Source: Nocardioides sp. (lineage in GTDB: Bacteria; Actinomycetota; Actinomycetes; Propionibacteriales; Nocardioidaceae). Taken from it: a stretch of DNA of 64,000 nucleotides. The stretch lies in assembly GCF_039767735.1 (NCBI RefSeq), contig NZ_JBDNBX010000053.1. One strand, written 5' to 3'. Positions 1-7,779 of the stretch are shown here, piece after piece; positions within the stretch are counted from its first letter, which is position 1; each line of letters starts with the position of its first letter. A program made the translations under genes and the position numbers. Below the pieces are notes generated by a model, which made no database searches, was not told the DNA's origin, and saw only the letters and a program-made list of their open reading frames with translations.

Positions 1-46
1 CGTGGTGTGGTCGGCCAGCCGGTCCTCGACGGACCCGGAGCCCGGC

Positions 47-430
47 TCAGGCACGGAGCCGGGCCTGGGCGCCGCGCGGCCCGAAGACCTTGGCGCCCTC
101 GCACAGAACCTCGACCGCCACGACCGTGGCGTCACCGTCGATGCGGGCGCTGCCGGTCATCGTGACCTCGGCACCCTCGGCCGGCACCACCACCGGCTTG
201 ACGAACTTGCCGCCGAGCTCGGCGACGTCCTCGGTCGCGACGCCGCACTCGCCGAGGTAGCGCGCCACCAGGGCCAGGGTGAACATGCCGTGGGCGATGA
301 CCCCGGGCAGGCCGACGCTGCGGGCGACCTCCTCGTCCTGGTGGATCGGGTTGTGGTCGCCGCTGGCGGCCGCGTAGGCGACCAGGTCGGCCCGGGTGAC
401 GGCGTACGTGCGGGTCTCGAAGTCGCTCAC
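47..430 (-). CDS. MaoC-like (R)-specific enoyl hydratase/dehydratase, HadB-like subunit
   Basis: Hot-dog/MaoC motif SGDHNPIHQDEEVARSVGLPGVIAHGM in ORF 47..481. GTG at 430 overlaps the stop of the upstream paralogue (GTGA). The tRNA-Thr/tRNA-Met/rpmG/hadA/hadB order is typical of Actinomycetota. Confidence 0.7.
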   Translation of the reverse strand: MSDFETRTYAVTRADLVAYAAASGDHNPIHQDEEVARSVGLPGVIAHGMFTLALVARYLGECGVATEDVAELGGKFVKPVVVPAEGAEVTMTGSARIDGDATVVAVEVLCEGAKVFGPRGAQARLRA

Positions 431-831
431 CGCTCGGCCTCCTCGAAGCCGCGGTGGACCAGGGTGGCGGTGCCGGTGCACACCAGGGCCCCGTCGGCGT
501 CGGTGACCGCGCTCGTCGTGCCGACGATGTCGTTGCCCCCGATCTGGCGCAGCGTGGCCACCGTCAGGGTCACGCTGAGCAGGTCGCCCACGACGACCGG
601 GCGTTCGTAGCTGAACCGCTGCTCGCCGTGGACCACCCGCGACAGGTCGATCTCCTCGGCGGCGAGGAACTCCATCATCGCCGCGAACGCCGGCACGATC
701 GGGAACGTGAGCGGAGCGGGGCCGCCGTCGTAGGACTGGCCGAGGGAGCCGGCGAAGTCCGCGAGCGCGGCCTCGGTCACCTCGAAGGGGGCTGGGGGCG
801 GGAACGAACGTCCGACGATGGAGGCATCCAC
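427..831 (-). CDS. MaoC-like dehydratase N-terminal-type subunit, HadA-like
   Basis: ORF 427..882. The N-terminus VDASIVGRSFPPPAPFEVTEAAL resembles the HadA-type start. GTG at 831 is preferred because a 14-bp hairpin (867..897) occupies the longer 5' extension. Confidence 0.65.
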   Translation of the reverse strand: MDASIVGRSFPPPAPFEVTEAALADFAGSLGQSYDGGPAPLTFPIVPAFAAMMEFLAAEEIDLSRVVHGEQRFSYERPVVVGDLLSVTLTVATLRQIGGNDIVGTTSAVTDADGALVCTGTATLVHRGFEEAER

Positions 832-866
832 GAGGTCGAACCTAGCGAACCGCTGCGCGAACGCAG

Positions 867-897
867 TCGAGCCCGTCCCCACCGGGGACGGGCTCGA
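867..897 (-). terminator. GC-rich hairpin downstream of rpmG
   Basis: Perfect inverted repeat TCGAGCCCGTCCCC / GGGGACGGGCTCGA (14 bp) with a 3-nt loop, about 38 nt after the rpmG stop. There is no U-tract, as in many actinobacterial terminators. Confidence 0.5.
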
Positions 898-934
898 GGA
901 GCGTTCAAGCGGAGTCGGCGTGGCCGACGCAGGA

Positions 935-1105
935 TCAGCGGGTCTCGCGGTGCGCCTTGTGCGTGCGGCAGCGCGGGCAGAACTTCGCCAGCTCCATGCG
1001 GTCGGGGTTGTTGCGGCGGTTCTTCTTGGTGATGTAGTTGCGCTCCTTGCAGTCCACGCACGCGAGCGTGATCTTGGGGCGAACGTCGGAGCTCTTGCTT
1101 GCCAC
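935..1105 (-). CDS. rpmG: 50S ribosomal protein L33
   Basis: Translation (V)[55 protein letters not shown] is a typical 55-56 aa L33 with the CxxC...CxxC zinc ribbon. GTG start at 1105. Confidence 0.9.
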   Translation of the reverse strand: MASKSSDVRPKITLACVDCKERNYITKKNRRNNPDRMELAKFCPRCRTHKAHRETR

Positions 1106-1159
1106 GGCTTGTCCTTCGGATTGCTGGTGCCGGTCGGTGCCGGTCTGTTGTCGGTGCGG

Positions 1160-1233
1160 TAGCGGGAGCGGGACTCGAACCCGCGACACCACGATTATGA
1201 GTCGTGTGCTCTAACCACCTGAGCTACCCCGCC
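1160..1233 (-). tRNA. tRNA-Met (anticodon CAT)
   Basis: Hand-folded 74-nt cloverleaf on the minus strand: GGCGGGG-TA-GCTC..GAGC, anticodon stem-loop CACGA-CTCATAA-TCGTG, T-arm GCGGG-TTCGAGT-CCCGC, acceptor TCCCGCT plus A. Confidence 0.85.
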
Positions 1234-1272
1234 AGGATGTGGTGGTGACTCCGGTCGGAAGATCACACCCAG

Positions 1273-1345
1273 AGCCCCTTTACGGAATCGAACCGTAGAC
1301 CTTCTCCTTACCATGGAGACGCTCTGCCGACTGAGCTAAAGGGGC
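1273..1345 (-). tRNA. tRNA-Thr (anticodon GGT)
   Basis: Hand-folded 73-nt cloverleaf on the minus strand: acceptor GCCCCTT/AAGGGGC, D-arm GCTC..GAGC, anticodon stem-loop TCTCC-ATGGTAA-GGAGA, T-arm TACGG-TTCGATT-CCGTA. Confidence 0.85.
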
Positions 1346-1377
1346 AACGACGGAGAACGATACACAGGGGGCGCGGA

Positions 1378-2196
1378 ATGAAGAAATCGGTTGGCGAAGG
1401 CCCGTTCTACGGCCTCTCCGAGGGCCCCACCCACGGCTCCGGCGGCGTCACCGCGGTCCTCGACCCGACCTCGGCGACGGCCGGTCCGTGGACCTCCGAG
1501 GCCCAGCACGGAGGGCCGCCGGCAGCGTTGCTCGCGTGGGCGGTCGAGACGCTCCCCGCGGCGGCCGGGACCGTGGTCGGGCGCTTCACGATGGAGCTCT
1601 GGGGACCGATCCCGCTCACGCCGCTGCGCGTCTCTGCGCACGTCGTGCGGCCCGGCCGGTCGGTGATCCTCGCCCGGGCCGAGCTGGTCGACGTACGGCG
1701 TGAACGCGTCGTCGCCACGGCGCAGGTCTGGCTCTTCCCGGCCTCCTCCTCCGGGCCCGGAGCTCCCTCGGGACCGCTGCCCCACGGCCCGGGGGACGGC
1801 GTCCGGCACGAGCGCCCGACGACGTGGGGCGGCGGCTACCTCGACGCGATCGACTGGCGCTGGATCACGGGTGCGGTCGACCGACCCGGCCCCGGCGTGG
1901 TGTGGATGCGCTCCCCCGACCTCGTCGCCGGCACCGCGATCTCACCGGTCCAGCGACTTCTCGCCTGCGTCGACTCCGCCTCCGGCGCCGGCGCCGCGCT
2001 CGACGTCGCCGACTGGGCCTTCCTCAACACCGACCTGACCGTCCACCTGCTCCGCCCACCCGTCGGTGAGTGGGTGTGCCTCGATGCGCGCACGACGCTC
2101 GGGCCCGGGTCGGTGGGCGTCGCGACGTGCGACGTCCACGACGAGCTGGGCGTCGTCGCACGCTCGGCACAGGCGTTGTTGGTCGCGCGGCGCTGA
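1378..2196 (+). CDS. thioesterase-superfamily protein (acyl-CoA thioesterase-like double hot-dog)
   Basis: 272-aa ORF with the family-typical segment WTSEAQHGGPPAALLAWA and high third-position GC. Assignment is by remembered family resemblance only. Confidence 0.55.
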   Translation: MKKSVGEGPFYGLSEGPTHGSGGVTAVLDPTSATAGPWTSEAQHGGPPAALLAWAVETLPAAAGTVVGRFTMELWGPIPLTPLRVSAHVVRPGRSVILARAELVDVRRERVVATAQVWLFPASSSGPGAPSGPLPHGPGDGVRHERPTTWGGGYLDAIDWRWITGAVDRPGPGVVWMRSPDLVAGTAISPVQRLLACVDSASGAGAALDVADWAFLNTDLTVHLLRPPVGEWVCLDARTTLGPGSVGVATCDVHDELGVVARSAQALLVARR

Positions 2197-2265
2197 TCTC
2201 GCCGGTCAGCCGGGCCAGGTGCTCCGGCTCGTCGTCGGTGCACGACGCGCCGGTGGCCTCGCTCC

Positions 2266-3699
2266 TCAGCCTGAGGCCGCCGACGATCCCAGGCGGGCGA
2301 ACGGCCGCGCCTGCTCCAGCTCGTAGGCCAGCTCGAGCAGCGTCGCCTCACGGCCGGCGCCCGCTCCGAACATCATCCCCTGCGGCAGGCCGGCCGCGGT
2401 CTGCGCGAGTGGCAGGGAGATCGCCGGGTCGCCCGTGACGTTCTGCAGGGGGGTGAAGGCCACCCAGTCCATCAGGCGCTCGATGATCGTGTCGTAGTCC
2501 TGGGTGGGGTCGAGGTGCCCGACGCGCGGCGTCTCGGTCGCCAGCGCCGGGGTGAGGGTCACGTCGTAGGTCTCGTGGAAGGACGCCGCCAGCCGGGGCG
2601 CACGCCGCAGGCGACGGATCACGCCGGGGACCCGGTGCAGGTTGCGCGAGGCGTGCCGCGCCAGGCCCAGCGTGAGGTTGTCCAGACGGCTGCGGTCCCA
2701 GCTCCTGCCATGGGTACGTCGTCCGGTGCGGACGAGCACCATCGCCAGCAGCGCCCAGTAGAGCAGGAAGTCCTCGCGGAAGCCCTCGGGCACCGGGGCC
2801 TCGACCTCCTCGACCGTGTGGCCGAGCCGCTCGAGCAGCGCGACGGTCTCGAGCGTGAGCGCCGCGACCTCGGGGGACGCGCTCACCCCGACCCCGCTGG
2901 TGTTGAAGCCGATGCGGAGCCGCTTGCGACCGGGGCGGGTGATGTCGCCGATCGGCGGCAGGGCGAGGTTGCGGTAGACGAGCTCGGCCTCCCGCACGAA
3001 GGTTGCGGTGTCGCGCACCGACCGGGTCACGACGCCGTCGGCGACGATCCGGATGGGCATGTCGCGCATCAGCTTGTCCTGGGCGAGCCGGTCGCGGGTG
3101 GGCTTGAGCCCGACGAGGCCGTTGACCGAGGCCGGGATCCGGATCGATCCTCCCCCGTCGTTGGCGGGAGCCAGGGGCAGGGCCCCGGAGGCGACCAGGG
3201 CCGCGGACCCGGCCGAGGACGCCCCGGCCACGTGCTCGGTCGACCAGGGTGACCGGACGGCACCCAGGCGCGGGTGCTCGGCCGCCGCCGAGAAGCCGTA
3301 CTCCGAGAGCCGGCTCTTGCCGAGCGGGATCAGACCCGTGGCGAGGTACATGCGCGCGAAGTCACCATCGGTCCTCTCGGGTCTCGGCGCCCACGCGTCG
3401 GTGCCGTCCTGAGTCGGCATCCCCGCGACGGCCACGTTGTCCTTCACGACCGTCGGCACACCGGAGAAGTACCCGTCGCGCGGGTCGAGCGCCTCCAGCC
3501 GGGCACGGTCGAAGGCGCGGAAGGCCAGGGCGTTGAGGGACGGGTCGACGGCCTCGACGCGAGCGATCGCCGCCTCGACGACCTCGGGGACCGACACCGC
3601 CCCGGCGTGCAGTGCCCGGACGAGTCCGACGGCGTCGTGCTCGCCGAGCGCGTCGTCGGCCACGGCGCTCACCTGCAGGGCCTGGTGTGGCTGCGTCAT
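2266..3699 (-). CDS. amidase (amidase-signature family)
   Basis: AS-family motifs GGSSAGSAALVASG and GGSIRIPAS. ATG at 3699 (MTQPHQAL) is chosen over the longer Arg/Gly-rich extension. Confidence 0.8.
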   Translation of the reverse strand: MTQPHQALQVSAVADDALGEHDAVGLVRALHAGAVSVPEVVEAAIARVEAVDPSLNALAFRAFDRARLEALDPRDGYFSGVPTVVKDNVAVAGMPTQDGTDAWAPRPERTDGDFARMYLATGLIPLGKSRLSEYGFSAAAEHPRLGAVRSPWSTEHVAGASSAGSAALVASGALPLAPANDGGGSIRIPASVNGLVGLKPTRDRLAQDKLMRDMPIRIVADGVVTRSVRDTATFVREAELVYRNLALPPIGDITRPGRKRLRIGFNTSGVGVSASPEVAALTLETVALLERLGHTVEEVEAPVPEGFREDFLLYWALLAMVLVRTGRRTHGRSWDRSRLDNLTLGLARHASRNLHRVPGVIRRLRRAPRLAASFHETYDVTLTPALATETPRVGHLDPTQDYDTIIERLMDWVAFTPLQNVTGDPAISLPLAQTAAGLPQGMMFGAGAGREATLLELAYELEQARPFARLGSSAASG

Positions 3700-3763
3700 G
3701 CCCGGCAACCTACCGGGACCGCTCGGCCTCCGACGGCCTCGACCGAGCCCCGGCACGACACTG

Positions 3764-4474
3764 CTACGGGAACAGCACCAGGGACAGCAGAGGCATCAGC
3801 GCGCTCGTCGCGAGCGCGGTCAGCCCCATCGCCAACCCCGAGAACGCGCCCTGGGTCTCGTCGTCGTGCAGCAGCCGCCCGGTCCCGATGCCGTGCGACA
3901 CCGAGCCCAGGGCCAGCCCCCGCACCCTCGGGTCGCGGATGCGGAGCAGGGTGAGGACGGCCGGTCCTGCGACGGCCCCCAGCACACCGGCCAGGATCGC
4001 CAGCACCGCGGCGAGCGGCGCGATCGCGTCGAGGCTCTCGGCCAACCCGATCGCGACCGGCGTCGTGGTGGCCTTGGGGGCAGCCGTGCGGGCCAGGAGG
4101 TCGTCGCCGCCGGCGAGGCGGACGAGCAGGGCCGCCGTGGTGACCGAGACGATCGCGCCCAGCGTGATGCCGACGAGCATCGGGGCGACCAGGCCCCACA
4201 ACCGGGCCGCCTGCCGGTGCAGCGGGATCGCCAGGGCGACGGTGGCCGGTCCGAGCCAGAAGGCGATCAGCTCGGTGTCGGCTCGGTAGTCGGCGTAGTC
4301 GACGTCCAGGGCCAGCACGGTCGCCGCGACCACCACGATGGCGACGAGCACGGGCTGGGCCACCGGGTGACCGCCGGTGCGACCGCGCAGCCAGCACCCC
4401 AGCTGGTAGGCGCCGATCGTCACCGTCAGCATGAGCAGCGGCGAGTCACGCAGCCACGCGAGGGTCTCGCTCAT
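3764..4474 (-). CDS. LrgB/CidB-family membrane protein
   Basis: Polytopic membrane protein (MSETLAWLRDSPLLMLTVTIGAYQLG...SVSHGIGTGRLL) typical of LrgB. Its ATG at 4474 overlaps the stop of the upstream LrgA-like gene (ATGA). Confidence 0.75.
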   Translation of the reverse strand: MSETLAWLRDSPLLMLTVTIGAYQLGCWLRGRTGGHPVAQPVLVAIVVVAATVLALDVDYADYRADTELIAFWLGPATVALAIPLHRQAARLWGLVAPMLVGITLGAIVSVTTAALLVRLAGGDDLLARTAAPKATTTPVAIGLAESLDAIAPLAAVLAILAGVLGAVAGPAVLTLLRIRDPRVRGLALGSVSHGIGTGRLLHDDETQGAFSGLAMGLTALATSALMPLLSLVLFP

Positions 4475-4830
4475 CCCTCGCCCCCGGACCGGGCGCGACG
4501 CAGCAGGAGACCGACCGACCAGCCGACCACGGCGAGCGCAGCGACCCAGGAGCCGACGAGCGCGAGGGACAACGGCACTGCTTCCTCGCGCAGGGTCGCC
4601 CCGAACACGATCACACCCACCCCGGCCGGCACGAAGAGCAGCTGGAGGTGCGTGAGCAGTGCATCTCCCGTGCGCACGACCGGCGCGTCGTCCGGCGTAC
4701 GACGCCAGGTCAGCACGGCCCACAGCAGCACCAGACCGACCACTGGACCGGGCACCGGCACGTCGAGGAGCCGTACGACGACCTCCCCGACGAGCTGGCA
4801 GCCGAGCAGCCAGAGGAGTCCGACGATCAC
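4471..4830 (-). CDS. CidA/LrgA-family holin-like membrane protein
   Basis: 119-aa protein with four predicted TM segments (MIVGLLWLLGCQLVGEVVVRLL...), paired with and coupled to the LrgB-like gene. Confidence 0.7.
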   Translation of the reverse strand: MIVGLLWLLGCQLVGEVVVRLLDVPVPGPVVGLVLLWAVLTWRRTPDDAPVVRTGDALLTHLQLLFVPAGVGVIVFGATLREEAVPLSLALVGSWVAALAVVGWSVGLLLRRARSGGEG

Positions 4831-4897
4831 GCCGCCATCCTGCAGGACACCCGCTCGCCCACCATCGCGCCCGGCATCTCGCCCGGGAGTGCGCCCA

Positions 4898-5476
4898 TCA
4901 GCGCGTGCCGCGGGCGTGGCAGCCCACCAGGTGCGGGTCGAAGACCCCGATCGCCTCCATCAGGGCGTACATGGTCGTGGGCCCGACGAAGGCGAAACCC
5001 CGACGCTTCAGCTCCTGGGACAGCGCCGCGGACTCGGCCGACGTCGTCGCCATCGAGTCGGTGTCGACGGGAGCCGGCGCCTCCTCGGGGGCGAACGCGA
5101 GCACCAGCGCCTCGAGCCCCTCCTGCTCGCGCAGCGCGACGGTGGCACGGGCATTGGTGACCGCGGCAGCGACCTTCGCCCGGTTGCGCACGATCCGCGG
5201 ATCAGCCATCAGGCGCGCCTGATCGGTGTCGTCGAAGGCGGCGACCCGCTCGGCGTCGAAGCCGCAGAACACCTCGCGGAAGGCCTCGCGCTTGGCGAGG
5301 ATCGTCGACCAGGACAGCCCGGACTGGAAGGCCTCCAGGGTGAGCCTCTCGAAGTAGGCGGCCTCCCCGTGGACGCGGTGGCCCCACTCGACGTCGTGGT
5401 AGTCGCGCATCGTGCCGGCAGCGGCGCCCGCCCAGGGGCATCGCGCCACCCCGTCGTCCCCGGTCAGTGGTCCCAT
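4898..5476 (-). CDS. tag: DNA-3-methyladenine glycosylase I
   Basis: Tag hallmarks: RCPWAG near the N-terminus, [26 protein letters not shown]. Confidence 0.85.
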   Translation of the reverse strand: MGPLTGDDGVARCPWAGAAAGTMRDYHDVEWGHRVHGEAAYFERLTLEAFQSGLSWSTILAKREAFREVFCGFDAERVAAFDDTDQARLMADPRIVRNRAKVAAAVTNARATVALREQEGLEALVLAFAPEEAPAPVDTDSMATTSAESAALSQELKRRGFAFVGPTTMYALMEAIGVFDPHLVGCHARGTR

Positions 5477-5510
5477 GTCGCCATCCTGTCGGACGCCGCC
5501 GACAGGGCCG

Positions 5511-6671
5511 TCACCCTGGCAGGACCTGGCGCGGCAGCGACAGCAGCACGCTGAAGGTGCTGCCCCTCCCGGGCATGCTGGCCACCTCGATCGTGCCGCC
5601 CATCAGCGCCACGATCTTGCGCGAGATCGCCAGGCCCAGCCCGGTGCCGCCGTACTGCCGGGTGATCGAGGCGTCGGCCTGCCGGAAGGACTCGAAGACC
5701 AGACGCTGCTGCTCCCCGGTCAGGCCGACGCCGGTGTCCACGACGTCGAAGCGGACACCCTGCTCGCCCGGGACGGTGTCGTAGCCGGTGGCTCGAAGGG
5801 TGACGCTGCCCGTGGCGGTGAACTTCGCGGCGTTGCCGACGAGGTTGGTCAGCACCTGGTTGAGCCGCTCGGCATCACCGATCAGCGGCACGGAGGCAGC
5901 CTGGTCGCACGAGGTGGCGAAGGCCAGCCCCTTCTCCCGCACGACGGGTCCCATGGTGGTGGCGGTCCAGTCGATCAGCTCGGCGACCGAGAAGGTGTCG
6001 AGCACCAGCTCGGCCTTGCCCGCCTCGACCCGGGAGAAGTCCAGGATGTCGTCCACCAGGCCGAGGAGGCGGCCGCCGGAGCGTTCCATCACGGCGAGCA
6101 GCTTGAGCTGGGCATCGCTCAGCTCGGTCTCCCCGAGCAGCTCCAAGGCGGCCAGCACGCTGGTCAGGGGCGTACGGAGCTCGTGGCTGACCGTCGCGAC
6201 GAACAGCGTCTTGGCCTCGTTGGCGGACTCGGCGGCGTGCACGGCCTCGTCCAGCTCGGCGAGCATCCGCAGGTGGGCGCTGACGTCCTCGACGGTGCCC
6301 TGGACCTCGATCACCTCTCCCGCAACCACGACCGGCACCCCGTGGAAGTCGACCTCGCCCCACAGACCGTCATGGCGACGGAAGCGCAGCTCGAAACGGC
6401 GCGTCTCCCCCGCCACGATGGCCCGGAAGTGCTCGACCAGGCGCGGGAGGTCCTCCTCGGCCACCAGGTCGGCGAAGGGCCGTCCGACCAGGTCGTCCTC
6501 GGTGTAGCCGCCGCCCAGCGCCAACGCGGCACCGTTGACCGACCGGAAGCGCCCTTCCGGGTCGAGGACGAAGAAACCGCGCGGATGGTGCTCCACCAGA
6601 CAGGCCAGGCGCGCGCGGTGCTCGTCCAGCTCCCGCGACGGCGCAGTGTCGGGGAGGTGGGGGTCGGTCAC
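5511..6671 (-). CDS. cytoplasmic PAS-domain sensor histidine kinase (no adjacent response regulator)
   Basis: PAS-like N-terminal region, H-box [11 protein letters not shown], and N/G boxes [10 protein letters not shown] / DTGVGL / [13 protein letters not shown]. No TM segment. GTG at 6671 overlaps the pirin stop (GTGA). Confidence 0.8.
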   Translation of the reverse strand: MTDPHLPDTAPSRELDEHRARLACLVEHHPRGFFVLDPEGRFRSVNGAALALGGGYTEDDLVGRPFADLVAEEDLPRLVEHFRAIVAGETRRFELRFRRHDGLWGEVDFHGVPVVVAGEVIEVQGTVEDVSAHLRMLAELDEAVHAAESANEAKTLFVATVSHELRTPLTSVLAALELLGETELSDAQLKLLAVMERSGGRLLGLVDDILDFSRVEAGKAELVLDTFSVAELIDWTATTMGPVVREKGLAFATSCDQAASVPLIGDAERLNQVLTNLVGNAAKFTATGSVTLRATGYDTVPGEQGVRFDVVDTGVGLTGEQQRLVFESFRQADASITRQYGGTGLGLAISRKIVALMGGTIEVASMPGRGSTFSVLLSLPRQVLPG

Positions 6672-7669
6672 CGGCGCTCCTTGAGGCGTACGCCGGGCAG
6701 CTCGGGTGCCGGGATCGGCGGCAGGCTCTCGCCGGTCGGGCGGCCGAAGGGACCCTCCACGAGACCGTCCTCGGTGATCTGGGCCTGCCAGGCCTCCCGG
6801 AAGGCCACCACCTCCTCGTGGCTGCGGCCGACGAAGTTCCACCACATCACGATCGCCTCACCGAACGGCGGCCCTCCGATCAGCAGCGCCCGCACGGGCT
6901 CGTCGCCGGCGGCGAGGTCGAGCCGGTCCTGGCCCGGTGGCACGTAGACGAGGTCGTGCTCGGTCGCGGGCCGGCCGGCGACCGTGAGGGTGCCGCCGTC
7001 GAGGAGGACCCCGTGCTCGAACGTCGGGTCCACCGTGAGCGACAGGTGCGCGCCGGGCTCCAGCACCAGCTCGGCCCCGAGCAGCGGTGTGGCGGTGGCG
7101 ACCGGGGACCGCGAGCCGAGCAGGGAGCCGAGGAACACCCGGGCCTGGTAGCCGGGCCCGGTCACCGGCTGCGGGGCGTGGTGGGCGAAGCCGGGCTCGT
7201 CGTGGCGCGCGTCCTCGGGCAGCGCGACCCACAGCTGGGCGCCGTGCAGGACCTCGGTCCCGGCGGTCGAGACCTCGGAGTGGCTGATCCCCCGCCCCGC
7301 CGTCATCAGGTTGAGCTCCCCGGGCCGGACCGCGGCGTGGTGGCCGGCACTGTCGCGGTGGGTGATCTCACCGGTGAACAGCCAGCTGACCGTCTGCAGC
7401 CCGGTGTGCGGGTGTGGCGCCACGGACATCCCGCCGCTGCCCGACGGACCGGAGACCGGGTCGGGTCCGTAGTGGTCGACGAAGCACCACGCGCCGATCA
7501 GGGACCGCGACCGCGACGGGAGCGTGCGGCGCACGGTCATCGCGCGGGGTCCCCCCAACGGGACCTCGCGGGGCGTGATCACCTCCGTGCCGCGCGGCGG
7601 AGACACGGGCGGCTGGGCGCCGCCGGCCGCGCACGTCACCACGGCGGGCCTCTCCTCGAGGTTGCTCAC
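6668..7669 (-). CDS. pirin-family (bicupin) protein
   Basis: Cupin metal-site region PHPHTGLQTVSWLFTGEITHRDSAG...GISHSE. GTG at 7669 (VSNLEERP) fits the family N-terminus; the alternative start at 7705 is not excluded. Confidence 0.8.
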   Translation of the reverse strand: MSNLEERPAVVTCAAGGAQPPVSPPRGTEVITPREVPLGGPRAMTVRRTLPSRSRSLIGAWCFVDHYGPDPVSGPSGSGGMSVAPHPHTGLQTVSWLFTGEITHRDSAGHHAAVRPGELNLMTAGRGISHSEVSTAGTEVLHGAQLWVALPEDARHDEPGFAHHAPQPVTGPGYQARVFLGSLLGSRSPVATATPLLGAELVLEPGAHLSLTVDPTFEHGVLLDGGTLTVAGRPATEHDLVYVPPGQDRLDLAAGDEPVRALLIGGPPFGEAIVMWWNFVGRSHEEVVAFREAWQAQITEDGLVEGPFGRPTGESLPPIPAPELPGVRLKERR

Positions 7670-7779
7670 CGCACCATCGTCCCACCCAGGAGCCGCTCGC
7701 GACACATTGATCGCTCAACGATCTCCCCACAATTGCCACATCGTGACATCGGCGAACCTGCCGGTCCCGCCGCCCGGGC

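Noticed and set aside
1160-1345. tRNA genes (Met, Thr, and Tyr at 23435..23516) as integration sites of genomic islands.
   Set aside because: No integrase, no direct repeat of a tRNA 3' end and no compositional shift is visible next to any of the three tRNAs. The flanking genes (rpmG, hadAB-like, yajQ) are conserved core genes.
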